64,000 bases of DNA from Raja brachyura (GCA_963514005.1 CAUPSL010000915.1:1-64000), one strand, 5' to 3'. Positions 50,713-62,929 are shown, counted from the stretch's first letter. Translations and numbers: made by a program. The notes: generated by a model from the letters alone, not told the origin.

Positions 50713-51346
50713 AACTTGGTGCTTGGGTTCAGATTGGCCAGTCACCTATGTCTTGTGTGGAAAAATGACATCCACGCTCCAGTCTCTCCATTCTCTCTCC
50801 CATGTTCTCTCTCTCCCCCTCTCTCTCGACCTTCTCTCTCTCCCTTCTCTCTCTCTCCCCCCTTCTCTCCCAACCCTTCTCCTCTACCTTCCCCCCTCTC
50901 TCTCTCCCCCCTTCTCTCTCTGCTTGTCCCTCACCCCTCCTCTCTCGCCCCCTCTCTCTCCCTCCTCTCTCCTCTTATCTCTCTCCCTCATCTATCTCTC
51001 CCCCCTCCCTCCCTTCTGTCTGCCCTTCTCTCTGGCCTTTTCTCTTTCTCTCCCCTTCTGTCTCTCCTCCACTCTTTCCCCGTATATCTCCTCGTCTCTC
51101 TCCCCTCCTCTCTCTCCCCTCTCTCTCCCTTATCCCCCCTCCTCCCTCTCCTTATTCTCTCTCTCCTCCTCTCGCCTTGCTCTCTCGCCCCCCCCTTTCC
51201 CTCCTCTCTCTCCCCTTCTCTCTTTCTCTCCACCTTCTATCTCCCCCCCTTTCTCTCTCTCCTCTGTCTCCAGCGGCGTGAGGGTGGGGGTAATTTTCGC
51301 ACACTAGCCATAGGTGACTGGGCAATCTGAACCCAAGCACCAACTT
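50713..51346. mobile_element. MITE with ~55-bp TIRs, Kolobok-like, filled with CT microsatellite
   Basis: ttggtgcttgggttcagattg(g/c)ccagtcacctatg in inverted orientation at both ends; flanks TTAC / TTAA; termini AA..TT. Confidence 0.7.
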
Positions 51347-51459
51347 TTAATTGGAAGAAGATGCGCATCCCTCGGGACAGCCCCCATTCTCCCCCGAAAC
51401 ACACACAGCAAGCTCCCACGCACAAAACCCCATAATCTGTAAACTGTTTTAATCGAAGA

Positions 51460-51660
51460 TGAACACAAAAAGCTGGAGTAACTCAGCGGAACAGGCAGTA
51501 TCTCTGGAGAGATGATTTGGTTGTTTTTCGGGTCGGGACCATTCTTCAGACCTGAAGACCGAGTCTCAAGAGTCTCGGTCCGAAACGCCACCCATTCATT
51601 CTCTCCAGAGATGCTGCCCCCCCCCCCACTAAGTCACTCCAGCATTTTGTGTCTATCTTT
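51460..51660. mobile_element. head-to-head inverted pair of Penelope-derived short repeats
   Basis: acacaaaaagctggagtaactcagcg..cttcag | ctgaaga..ccgaaacg..ctccagcattttgtgt. Confidence 0.65.
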
Positions 51661-51911
51661 GGTGTCAGTGGCAGTTTCTCAAGTTCCATAGCCGCTGTGC
51701 ATGTGGGGGAGAGAGTGAAGTGGGAGAGAGAGCAGTGGGAGAGATAGAGGGGGAGAGAGGCAGAGGGGGAGGGAAAGAGAGAAGGGGAGAGAGAGAAGGG
51801 AGAGAGAGGGGGAGAGAGAGGGGGAGAGAGAGGGGGAGAGAGGGAGAAGAGGAAAGAGAGAAGGGAGAGAGGGGGAGAGAGAGGAGGAGAGAGAGAAGAG
51901 GGGAGAGAAAG

Positions 51912-52112
51912 AGCGTTTTGACAGCGCGGCCATTCGGCGAGTATGCTTTTAGGCGACGCAGCTTTTCGGTTAGTTGGCTTTTAGGCTTCCCGCCCTTTCG
52001 GGTAGCTTGCATGTAGGCGTCCCATCCTTTGGATTAGTTGGCGTGTCGGCTTCGTACTCTTTCAGTTATTTGACGTTTCCATTCGGCACTTTGGCTTCCG
52101 TCGGCGCCACGT
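51912..52112 (-). mobile_element. second arm of the foldback-type repeat
   Basis: Reverse complement aligns to 41933-42170 and ends tcggcgccacgtg. Confidence 0.55.
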
Positions 52113-52119
52113 GCGCACA

Positions 52120-52862
52120 TGATTTTCCTCGTTACATCCTAAAATAATTCCAGAAGATTAGTCAATCATAATTTCCTCTTCGTAAATCGATGGTGTCTCA
52201 AACCGATCCCGTTACTGCTATCCAAATGTGCCGCGATTTCATATTTTATGATTGACTCCAGCACCTTCCCCACCACCGATATCAGGCTAACGTCCATAAT
52301 TCCCTGTATTTTCCCTTCCGCCTTTCTTAAAAAGTGGAATTACAGGAGCTACCCTCCAATCCACAGGAACTGATCCTGAATCTATAGAACGCTGGAAAAT
52401 GATCGCCAATGCGTCCACGATTTCTAGAGCCACGTCCCTATGTAACCTGGAATGCAGACCATCATGCCCTGAGGATTTATCAACCTTCAGTCCCATCAGT
52501 GTACCCAACACCATTTCCTGCCAAAGGTGGATTTCCTTCTGTTCCTGCGTCACCCCAGATCATCTGGCCTTAGTGGATGGAGGAACTGATCCTTAGTGTA
52601 GACGGATCCACAGTACCTGTTCAACTCATATGTCATTTCCTTGCTCCACATAAGAAATTCACCCTTTTCAGTCTTCAAGCGTCCAACTTTGGTCTTACCT
52701 GTTTTATTTCTCTTCACATTCCTATAGAAGCTATTACTATTCTTGGCTAGCTTACCTACGTACCTCATATTTCCTCCCCGTATTGCCTTTTTTGTTAACT
52801 TCTGTTTCTCTTTAAACATAACCCAATCCTCTGGCTTGCCTCTTATGTTTGCTATGTTGTAC
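52120..52862 (-). mobile_element. CR1 fragment
   Basis: VALEIVDALAIIFQRSIDSGSVPVDWRVA. Confidence 0.85.
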
Positions 52863-52864
52863 TT

Positions 52865-53521
52865 AGCATTTATCTACCGCCGGCAGATCGCGCCGGTAAG
52901 GCACCACGTGACCGGGTGTTTTTCGGTCCAGCGCGCTGACGACTGAGTAAAAACGGGTTTCGTCGACCGTGATCCCGCGAATATGAAACTGCGCCTCGGC
53001 CTGCTGGAACCATACCTGCGGCAGAGAGTTTCAGAAGATCGTTAGCGTCAGGGCGTCCGCGTTAAATTTGTCCTGGTCGGCGGCAACGGCATGTTGAGTG
53101 CATGCTGTGCTCCAAAATGTCTATTTTAGAACGTCGAGGGTCAGCAATGCGGCTGGACTCGAAGGTGTCCAGCCAAGAATGAGGCGGGGCACGACGTTTG
53201 TCTAGCCAGTACATCTTTAATGCTATCCAATAATGCAGCTCCGTACTTCACACGAAGGCACGGGTGTTCCCGAACTTAAGTACTCACCAGGAGAACCCCG
53301 TGACCAGCACCTTCCGACATCAAGACAAATTACTCCCTTCTCCAGGTTCGCACTGCGCGTGGCTCTNNNNNNNNNNNNNNNNNNNNNNNNNNNNNNNNNN
53401 NNNNNNNNNNNNNNNNNNNNNNNNNNNNNNNNNNNNNNNNNNNNNNNNNNNNNNNNNNNNNNNNNNNNNNNNNNNNNNNNNNNNNNNNNNNNNNNNNNNN
53501 NNNNNNNNNNNGTGATCAACA
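52865..53521 (-). mobile_element. Gypsy LTR retrotransposon remnant: 5' LTR (53521-53148, partly gap), tRNA-Trp-like PBS (53147-53131), gag N-terminus
   Basis: Minus strand TGTTGATCAC...ATTAAA...GCA|TTGCTGACCCTCGACGT (cf. TGGTGACCCCGACGT). Then F*NSLPQVWFQQAEAQFHIRGITVDETRFYSVVSALD, typical of a Gypsy gag N-terminus. Not in the ORF track. Confidence 0.78.
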
Positions 53522-53614
53522 TATAAAGAGATAAAGAAGAAAGATGGATTGGGGACTGGTAAATTCAGGTAGAGAGATAAGAGCGGCGAAAAGACAGAAT
53601 GTTAAAGGGAGGGG

Positions 53615-56600
53615 GAATTTACCAGACTGATTCCTGGGATGTCAGGACTTTCACATGAGGAAAGACTGGATAGACTCGGCTTGTACTCGCTGGAATTTAG
53701 AAGATTGAGGGGGGATCTTATAGAAACTTACAAAATTCTTAAAGGGTTGGACAAGCTAGATGCTGGAAGGTTGTTCCCGATATTGGGGGAGTCCAGAACA
53801 AGGGGTCACAGTCTGAGGATAAGGGGGAATTCCTTTAGGACCGAGATGAGGAACACATTCTTTACACAGAGAGTGGTGAGTCTCTGGAATTTCATTTCGG
53901 AGTCACGTGAGTGACTTCGTGAAGAACCCGCCCGGAAGCATGCGCGACATATCGTCGCAACGCATTGCTGCCGACGGCTGGAGGGGAGCGCGGCTCCCCA
54001 CCAGCCCTTCAGAGGGCCGACTCAGGTAAGGCTTAGCCCCCTAGAGTTGGTGTTCCTGTTGGGGGGGGGGAGTGTGTTCTCTCCCTACAGGAACGTGGAA
54101 ACCGTAAGGGCCAGGACATCTGGAGTCGCCAGCCACTTATCCCGGAGCCCTCCTCAACGGCTGCACCTGCGAGTCGGGCCGGGGAATAGGCGTGGTAGTC
54201 GGGGAGCCCTGTTGGTACAGGGCCCGACCCGCCGACACACCGGAGCTCCAGTGGGAGTTGGTGTCCTGTTGTGGCGAGTGTGTTCTCTCCTCACAGGTAT
54301 GTGGAAGCAGACGGGCCGGGAAATGGGCGTGAAGTCCGGGAGCCCTGTTGCTACAGGGCCCGACCCGCCGCTGTGCAGGAGCTCCAGTGCTGATTCGAGG
54401 AGCAGGAGCTCCAGTGCTGGTTGGAGGAGCAGGAGCTCCAGTGCTGGATCGAGGAGCAGGTGGACCCTGTTTCCGTATCGGGGTCGCCAACGGGCTCGTT
54501 GGTCGACCTGGGCTAGGGCTCGCGTGTTGCTGCACGGGTCACTTGGGAGGAGTCCCGCCACGGTCGCCGAGTCCCCCATGGATGGGAGGACGAGACCATG
54601 CGTCGGCAAGGTCCATGATGTGGGCAGCCGGCAAGCCCGCGCGGGCGTCGGGTCACCGTACTGAGGCATTGGGTGCCGACTTTCCACCGCGTTTGCCCTC
54701 CGTGGCAGCGGGATCAAGCTCCGCCGAGGAGGCGTTGAGCGTACCTCCCGCGCGGGAATCGCTCAGCTTTGCTGCGGCGGCTGGCAGCGACAACGTCCGG
54801 CACCGGGTTCACCTCGACGAGGTACGGGCCGATGAACGGAGCCTCAGCAGTTCAGCAGAACATGAGGACTCCGTCCGCCCGAGTTCTAAGGGCGAGGGGC
54901 GTATTGGCCAGGATGGAGCGGATGTTGGAGCTCCTCCTGCAACAGAATCAAAATTTTCGGGGAAGACCTCCCGAAGAGGGTCAAGGAGCGGGATGACCAC
55001 GCTACGACGGTGGGACTCATGTGGTCACATATCTCGACCAGGCAGCAGGCCAGGGAGTGCTATTTTTCAGGCCACAAGGCCCTGCCGTTAGGCCAGCAAG
55101 GGCCTACGCTCCAGCTCCGCCTCAATTTCAGAATCCAGCACCTCCACATCCGGCCATGCATATCAAGGGCCGCCGATAACCATGAAGGTAACGTGGCCTG
55201 GATTTCATGCACCTGCATGTTTAACTTCACATGTTTAACTAATGTTGGTGGGGGACTACGGCTCTTTCCGGGGGCATGTGGTACCATCACGTCTGATGAA
55301 TTTATCTTACAAAGTATTCAAGGCCATGCGATTGAATTCATCAATGGTGCCATCCCTCCATCCCAGCATATGCAGATCGGAAATTTACACTGTCCACCAA
55401 AGAGCGGCAGTAGGCTATGCTGAAAAAATTACAGTCACAAGGAGGGATGGAGGATGTCGGGTTATTTTTGATTTGAACCATTTCAATACTTTTGTAGAAT
55501 ATACCCATTTCAAACTGGAAACGTTCCAGACATCTAAGTTATTGGGTTCTGGGGGCTGCTTTGTGGCATGCATTGATTAAAAGATGCATGCTATTCAGTA
55601 TCCATTCCGAAATGCCACAGGAAGTTCTTGCCATTTATCTGGATGGATCAGCTCTGGCTATACAGAGCTTTGCCAAATGGGCTTACACACCCCTAGATTA
55701 TTTCTAAATTGCTCCAATCAATACTGGCTACACTAGGAGACAAAATCACATAGTGTTGGCCTATCTAGGTGATATCCTAATTATTGAGAATCAGCCGAAC
55801 TGCCAGTTTCAGCCACCGTGGAAAATTTTCCAGGAAATGGGGTTCATTATCCATCCAGATAAATCAACGTCCTGCCCTTCACAGGTTAAGGGTATCTGGG
55901 GTTACGGTGGATTCCAATCATGTGAGGGCCACCATACCAACTAACTAGGTTGGCGATGTCACCCAACTATGGCAGGGTCTAGTCTGGGCCAGTATACCAT
56001 CAATTCGACAAACTACTAAGGTGATTGGCAAGATTGTAGCTTTTTTCCAGCTGCCCAATACCGGCCTTTGCATTATCAAAATTTGCAGAGAGCCAAGATC
56101 TCAGCGTTAAAACTGAACTCTAGACGTTTCGATAGACCAATGCAGCTGCCTTTCAAGGCAGAGATTGAGTTACAATGGAGGATTGACAATATTTATGTCT
56201 CACTTAAACCCATCATTTTGGCCAATCCGATGGTATACTTACAAACAGACGCAAGCTCCCATGTTTGGGGAGCTACGGACAACTGCTCCAGTTGTGAGGG
56301 CAGATGGGACTCCCTTGAATCTACCCTGTTGTTGTCACAAGGGATAAACTATTTGAAGATGCTGGGAGCATTTCACGGACTTCGAGCTTATTGTTCTAGC
56401 CTTACTGATGCTCATGTCCGTCTCCAAATAAATAATACCACTGCGGTGTCATATCTAAACCATATGGGCGGTACCAGGTCACTTTCATGTGATGAATTGG
56501 CAAATACAATTTGGCTCTGGTGTGTTCGACGGAATATTTGGATTTCAGCTACCTGTTTCCCAGGTGAGCCCTATACAGTGGCGGACACCAGGTGATGCAT

Positions 56601-58676
56601 ATTCTATGACAACATCGAGTGGATGATGAATCTCCAAATATCCGCTAAAATTACTGTCAAATTTGGTGAACCGGATATCGACCTCTTTGCGTCACGGTTG
56701 AACCATCAGGTACCAACATACGTTCGTGGGAACCCGATCCTGGGGCAATGGCGATGGATGCGTCTCGCTGGACTGGGGGAAATGGGTTTCTATGCATTTC
56801 CTCCATTTTGCCTCATCAGTCGGGTGTTGCGGGTAATCCAGACAGATGCTGCTAAGGGCATTCTTATCATACCCGACTGGCCTACGCAGCCATGGTATCC
56901 TGTGGTCCTTGATATGATCAGTCAACCTTGGGTCCTCTTAGAGGGTTACGCATAATTGGTACAAACCCTGTGTCAGGGGGACCACATCCCTGCCACGGTC
57001 ATCTAAACTTGTTGGCTTGGAGGTTCTGCACAGGCCATCACTGCGGTATGGCCTATCATCTAGAACCATGGGTACCATCGGAGCGTCATGCTGGGAGTTC
57101 ACCAGGCGGCAATACCTCTCTCACATCCGGAAATGGGAAACCTTCTGCGGCCGCTCCCATATTACATACGACGCTGTAACCACAACCGACGTATTGGAAT
57201 TCTGGCGGGGTTGCATCATAATGAACACCTGAGCTACAGTGCCATCAACGGCGCCTCGAGTGCGCTGTCATTCTCCCTCAATATTAAGGTAGGATCCAAC
57301 AGGCTGGTGTCCAGACTCATGGGGGGAATATTCAATTCGAATCCGCCCAGACCACGCTATAATATCACCTGGGATATCGGGGAAATATTCACCCTGCTCA
57401 GGACGTGGTCGCCCATGGAGGGCCTGGAACTGGACAAACTCACCCTGAAGCTGGTGATGTTACTGGCACTGACTTCAGCACAGAGGGTACAGACACTCCG
57501 CAAAATCCGGATCGACAGGATGATCTCTACCCCTGCAGAAGTAGTCTTCGTCATAGACGAGCTACTCAAGCAGCATAGACCTGGGTGCACAGGGCTGCAG
57601 CTGAAGTTCCTGCCATACCCCGCTGATGCAAGGCCATGTTTAGCCGCCCATATCCGTCACTATGTGAACGTGACGAGAAAACGGAAGGAATGGAGAAACC
57701 TCACCATAGAGTGACGGTCCAGACGATAACCAGGTGGCTCAGGATCGTCTTGGGTAAGTCACGTGTTGACACTAATATCTTCAAATCCCATTCCACCAGG
57801 GCATGCATCAACGTCGGCGGCAAGGGTCATGGAGGTGCCCATGGACCATATTCTTGCCACAGTAGGATGGCGAACGAAGTCACCTTCCAGCGGTTCTACA
57901 ATACATCTGTTGCCGCTCCTCTACAGTTCGCGGAGGCCGTGCTGAATGCAGGTCAAGAACGTGGAGATGTCCCCGAATAAGGGGTTTTCTTTTGTTGTTA
58001 ACAAATGTTGCTCTTGTTTTTCAGTACAAGCAGTCTGAAAAGTTGATTACTCCTGTCCATCCTCATAAGTGGTGTGTGACAGCATGGACGTGGTCCAGGG
58101 CGTGGAATCACAGAGCTTTGAAGTCTTCACGAAGTCACTCACGTGACTCCGAAATGAAATAGTGAGATTGAACGAGAACTTACCAGTTCGAAGGTTGATC
58201 TTTATTTCATGAGGAGTTGCGATGAGGGATTTCGTGCCCTCCGCTCCCAACCCTCGATCATAATCAACTGGTAATTAGAGTCTCTTCAATCTTACTATGC
58301 CAAGTCATTTCTGTTGTTGTTTTGTGTGATTCCACACCGCTACTTTGGAGAATGTCGCGCATGCGTGCTGGCGGGTTCTTCACGAAATCCCTCATCGCAA
58401 CTCCTCATGAAATAAAGATCAACCTTCGAACTGGTAAGTTCTCGTTCAATCTCACTATTCTCTGCCACAGAAGGTAGTTGAGGGCCAGTTCATTGGCTAT
58501 ATTAAGAGGGCGTTAGATGTGGCACTTGTGGCTAAAGGGATCAGGGGGTATGGAGAGAAGACAGGTACGGGATACTGAGTTGGATGATCAGCCATGATCG
58601 CATTGAATGGCGGTGCAGGCTTCAAGGGCCGAATGGCCTACTCCTGCACGTATTTTTCTATGTTTATATGTTTCTA
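53615..58676 (+). mobile_element. CR1 3' fragment split by the DIRS insertion (53615-53889 and 58458-58676)
   Basis: ..gtgagtctctggaa|ttctctgccacagaagg.. rejoins cleanly. Confidence 0.88.
53890..58457 (+). mobile_element. DIRS-1-type tyrosine-recombinase retrotransposon (degenerate, gag largely missing)
   Basis: Inverted terminal repeats (cgtgaagaacccgcc..gcatgcgcgacat / atgtcgcgcatgc..ggcgggttcttcacg). ICR at ~58125-58236 complementary to both ends. RT (YLGDILI), RNaseH (QTDAS..WG, IN.L, NTTAVSYLNHMGGT), MTase-like (DLFASRLN, YAFPPF), YR (AQRV, HSTR, TFQRFY). Confidence 0.93.
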
Positions 58677-59618
58677 TGAATTGGACGGATGAAATATATC
58701 CAATTTGTTGATAGCATGAGGGACAGAGAAACTGATAAATAGAGGCGGACAAATGTGTATAATGAGATTTAGAGAGAAAACAGATAGATTGGGAGAAATG
58801 AATAGCGAAAGAGAGGGATAGTTAGATATATAAATAGATACTACTGTAGAGGGAGAGGGCGAGGGGAGGGTTAGATTATGCTAGATAGAGCAAGATGGAA
58901 TGGGATGAAGTCGAGAAACCGAAGAGATAAACAGACAATTAGTAAGATAGATACAGGTGGATTCNNNNNNNNNNNNNNNNNNNNNNNNNNNNNNNNNNNN
59001 NNNNNNNNNNNNNNNNNNNNNNNNNNNNNNNNNNNNNNNNNNNNNNNNNNNNNNNNNNNNNNNNNNNNNNNNNNNNNNNNNNNNNNNNNNNNNNNNNNNN
59101 NNNNNNNNNNNNNNNNNNNNNNNNNNNNNNNNNNNNNNNNNNNNNNNNNNNNNNNNNNNNNNNNNNNNNNNNNNNNNNNNNNNNNNNNNNNNNNCAGATA
59201 CGACGATAGATGACAGAGCGGACCGACAGATAAATCATCGAAAAAATTGATAAGCTGGGAAGAGAGTTCCAGTGAGGGAGATCAGAGCGAAGGTCAGCAA
59301 ACCCACACGAGGGAGATTAAAAAATACTGTGATTATAGAGAAAGGTAACGCGGCCATTCCACCCTATTGTGGAGCTTCTGTGTTACGGCAGAAGAGCTGC
59401 AGAGATTAAGGAGGAACTAGAGTGGGACAGGTTTCGGTGGAGGGGAAGTGGCCGTCACCTGGAAGACGATTGGTCGAGTGAAGAATGGGGAGTGTCGTAG
59501 ACATAATCCATGTAACCGTGGGTTTCAGACAGATAGACAAAAAGCGAGTTTGACGTGAATATATTCATCACTCTGCCCTCATCGCTCTCAGTACAGAGTG
59601 TATAGACTCGGAAGAAAG

Positions 59619-59655
59619 ATGGTTCTGATATAGCGCCTGATCATCTCCTTCCATT
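59619..59655 (+). pseudogene. TRBV: probable leader exon of the V-beta pseudogene (MVLI*RLIISFH)
   Basis: aagATGG start, phase-1 donor T|GTGAGT, in-frame TAG. CRE-like TGACGTGA at 59551 and GGGGAAGT at ~59442 upstream. Confidence 0.55.
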
Positions 59656-59875
59656 GTGAGTGAATTAAACAAACTGTTATTTATGTATTTGCCGCTCTCT
59701 TAATTTCTTCTTCGCGTGACTTTCTTTGAACTCGATCCTCCAATTTACTCGCTCTAAATCCATCTTCGTCTCCGAATCTTCTTCTATCCTCACACTGTCT
59801 TCTTCACTGCGACCACCTCGTTTCTCACTTCTCCAACCCGCCCGCATCTCGCCTTAAATTATTTGATTCGTTCGT

Positions 59876-60155
59876 TAGGGCGCAGAGCAGCGCAGTTGGT
59901 AGAGCAGCTGCCTCTCAGCCACCAGAGACCCAGAGACCCGGGGTGTTTTCTGTCTGTGTGGAGTTTGCACGTCTCCATATGACCCGCCTGGATACTCCAG
60001 TTTCTCCCACATCCCAAAGACGTGCATGGTTTACACCTTAAATAGTCCTCTGCAGATTGCATCTCGTGTATAGGGAGTATGAGAAAGTGGGATAACATGG
60101 AAGTTGTGAATTGGTAATCATTGGTCGTTGTATTATCCAAAGGGCCAAAATACCA
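59876..60155 (+). mobile_element. V-SINE (HE1-like) in the leader intron of the V pseudogene
   Basis: tRNA-like head gcgcagttggtagagc, core tgtgtggagtttgcacgt, ctcccacatcccaaagacgtgc. Confidence 0.7.
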
Positions 60156-60681
60156 TGGTACATAGGAACAAAATTAGGCAATCCAGCCCATCGCGTTTCC
60201 TCCGCCATTCAAACGTGGCTCATCATTTCTTTCCTCTCAACCCCATTCTCCCTCGTTTTCCCCATACCCTTTGAATCACTTTGAATCAAAACGCTGTCAA
60301 TCTTCGCTTCAAGAAAATACTGGCTAATCCTCCACAAGCCGTATGTGCAATGAACTCCAACCACTGCCTCATACGTTAATCCAGTCACCCCAGAAATCAT
60401 TCTTGTAAACCACATCGAGGCCGTCTCCAACCCCAGCACACCCCTCCTCAGATACGCGTCCCAAAACCGCTCAGAATGTTTCAAACGTGTCATTACCAGC
60501 TTGCTATAAAGGCTCTACTTTAAATCCTTACCTAATACGTATCGCTGCCCAAACGATCTGTTTTCCTTGTTGTACCTTTAAATCAATTCAGTTAATTGAT
60601 GGCAGACTTTAATTTATTTTCTCCGCATCCTCCTTGCTCCGCGTTCTGTGTTTACTGTTTGTCAACTATTTTATTTCCCAG

Positions 60682-60984
60682 ATTCTATCTCGGTAACGGT
60701 CCATCAGACTCCGGACGCTCTGTCCGGAAAGTTCGGCCCAGAACTCGGAGGCGAAGTGTTTTGTAGAGGGCAGTAGCAGCAACATTTAATTACATGTACT
60801 GGTACAGACAATACCCTGGAGGGGGCCACAGGAACCTGTTCTATTCTACAATGGGACAACAACGTGGAGCCAATGACGTCGGTGCCGGTTTACAGCAGAG
60901 AGACCGAACAGCCACGAGTTCCACCTAAAGTCCTCCGCCTTATAGGCGGATTCGTCGGCCGTGTATTTCTGTGCCTGGAGCCTG
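60682..60984 (+). pseudogene. TRBV: TCR V-beta pseudogene (CAWS-type, frameshifts and stop)
   Basis: tttcccag| acceptor. Across frames: SVTVHQTP..., KCFVEGSSS, YMYWYRQYPGGG..NLFYS, FTAERPNSHEFHLKSSAL*ADSSAVYFCAWS. Missed by the ORF track. Confidence 0.9.
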
Positions 60985-61023
60985 CACAGAGACCCAGAGA
61001 GACGGGGGAGACACACAAGAACC
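60985..61023 (+). other. 23-bp-spacer RSS of the V-beta pseudogene
   Basis: CACAGAG + 23 bp + ACAAGAACC. Confidence 0.9.
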
Positions 61024-61112
61024 CCATTCCTGTTTTCGATTACAGTGAGCGCCCCCCTCCGCAGCGAGATTGCTGTGCTGTCCCTCGTCTATCCGAGTAT
61101 ATATCTTCACCT

Positions 61113-61412
61113 AGATAGACACAACATGCTGGATTAACATGCGGACAAGGAGCATTTCTGGAGAGAAGGAATGGTTACCGCATCGGGTTGACACCCTTCT
61201 TCAGCTGATGTCAGGGGAGTGGAGGTATATAGAGAAGAACGCGTATAAACAAGGAAGTGTAAGGTGTGCAATTAGGGCAGAGGGAATGCAGATCAAGGAA
61301 AATGTAGAATAGATAATTGTTAGTTGTGTGAAGGTTATAACGTTATAACCTCTGGTTTATATCTGTTTGCATTGTTGTTACCTTCTACCAACTAACAGTG
61401 ATCTATTCTATT
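61113..61412 (-). mobile_element. Penelope-derived terminal repeat fragment
   Basis: agacacaacatgctgga..cgggttgacacccttcttcag, same family as 10682 and 16557. Confidence 0.55.
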
Positions 61413-62929
61413 CATTTTGGGAACAGAAATGGCGACAGGAGAGGAGATACGTCGAATGGTGGAAACAATCTAGGCGAAGTTATATCGTCGGAGAGACTGG
61501 GTAGCAGCGCAAACTCCTTACGGCTGAGGCCACGATCATTGACAGGAGAATGATGAGTGAGGTTTCCGTGTGGCCCCCCCTCCCCGTTTCACCGAGTCGC
61601 TGTGCAGACTCCGTGCGCAGAAATACACGGCCGACGAATCAGCTTCTAGGCCCGAGGACTTTAAATAGAAATCATTACTGCCAAGTCAAACTGAATGAAA
61701 GGACAGGTGCAGAGAATTGAGAGAATTGCTAAATTGAAATCACAAGACAGTGATTAAAGTGGGCGGAACCCCAGCCTGTCGGGCTCTGCCCGGGTTTTTT
61801 TAAAGGGGCACACAGCACCAGAAGCCAGGGATAGCCAGAAGAGGCAAGCAGGACTGATTTTCTACAGACCCGATTGGCAGCCGGTAAGGACTGAACTCTA
61901 AATAAACGAGCCGAAGACTGCAGCCCAGAGACTCTGTTTAACCCTTTAATGTCCGAGAAACTTGTCTGGCTAACGTGTTGATTAAGAAAGTTTGAAATAG
62001 TGTTTGTTGTCTATGTGGGGTTAAGGGCTAATGTGAGCTGATTTCTAATGCTTATATGGTATGTGTGGTGTTGGCTTAAATAATTGCGTTTTAAAAAAGA
62101 AAAAAATGTGTTAAAAAACAGTAAACATCCATCTGATATTAAGCTAAATAATTGGTAACAGTAGTGGGCATTATCTTTATTTTCTTTCAATGAAATGTGA
62201 AAATTATTTCAAAGACAAAATGGCTGCTATGAGTTGGAATGTTACAGAATGTAACAAATACATGGAACTTTCTGTTATTTATATTTGGTTAATGTGTGTT
62301 TTTTTCTGCCTTTATGCCTAAAGGTTTTTCACCTGATAAAGACTAAACCACTGCTAAAGACTAAACCACTGAAAAGACTAAAACTTGCCAAAATAAAAGG
62401 TGGAAAAGAAGTGTTTGGTCTGAGTGAATCCAGTTCATCATTTCGGGGTAGATAAAATCAAATCCCTTTCAAGCGGGGAAATCTGCAAAACATTAAAAGA
62501 CTTGACAATTACTGATCGGTCTCTTTGAGCCTGTGCTCGCTGGAGTTCAGAAAAATGAGGTGGAATTTCATTGAAACATAGCGGATAATAAAAAGCTTGA
62601 ATAGACTGGTTGTTAAGATGATGTTTGCAAGAATGGGAGAGCCCAGAACCACGCGGCACAGCCTGAGAATAAAATGATATATATTTAGAATGGAAATGAA
62701 TTGGCATTTATTTAGCCAGTGAATCTGTGGAATTCATTGCCACAGATGGTTGTTGAGGTAGTCATTGGGTATTTTCGAACTGGAGATTGACAGGTTCTTA
62801 ATTAGTAAGGGCGTCAATAGTAATGGGGAATATTGATCTTAAGATGAAATAAATGTATCGGCCACTCTTCAATGGCGGAGCAGTTTCAATGAGATTGATT
62901 GCCTAATTCTGCTACTATGTCACAAGGTG

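Noticed and set aside
52865-53366. CpG-rich segment next to a gap, first suspected as bacterial or vector contamination
   Set aside because: The minus strand gives LTR end, PBS and Gypsy gag motifs
54047-55091. Several overlapping GC-rich ORFs of 130-250 aa
   Set aside because: Internal 5' region of the degenerate DIRS element with short tandem repeats; not host genes
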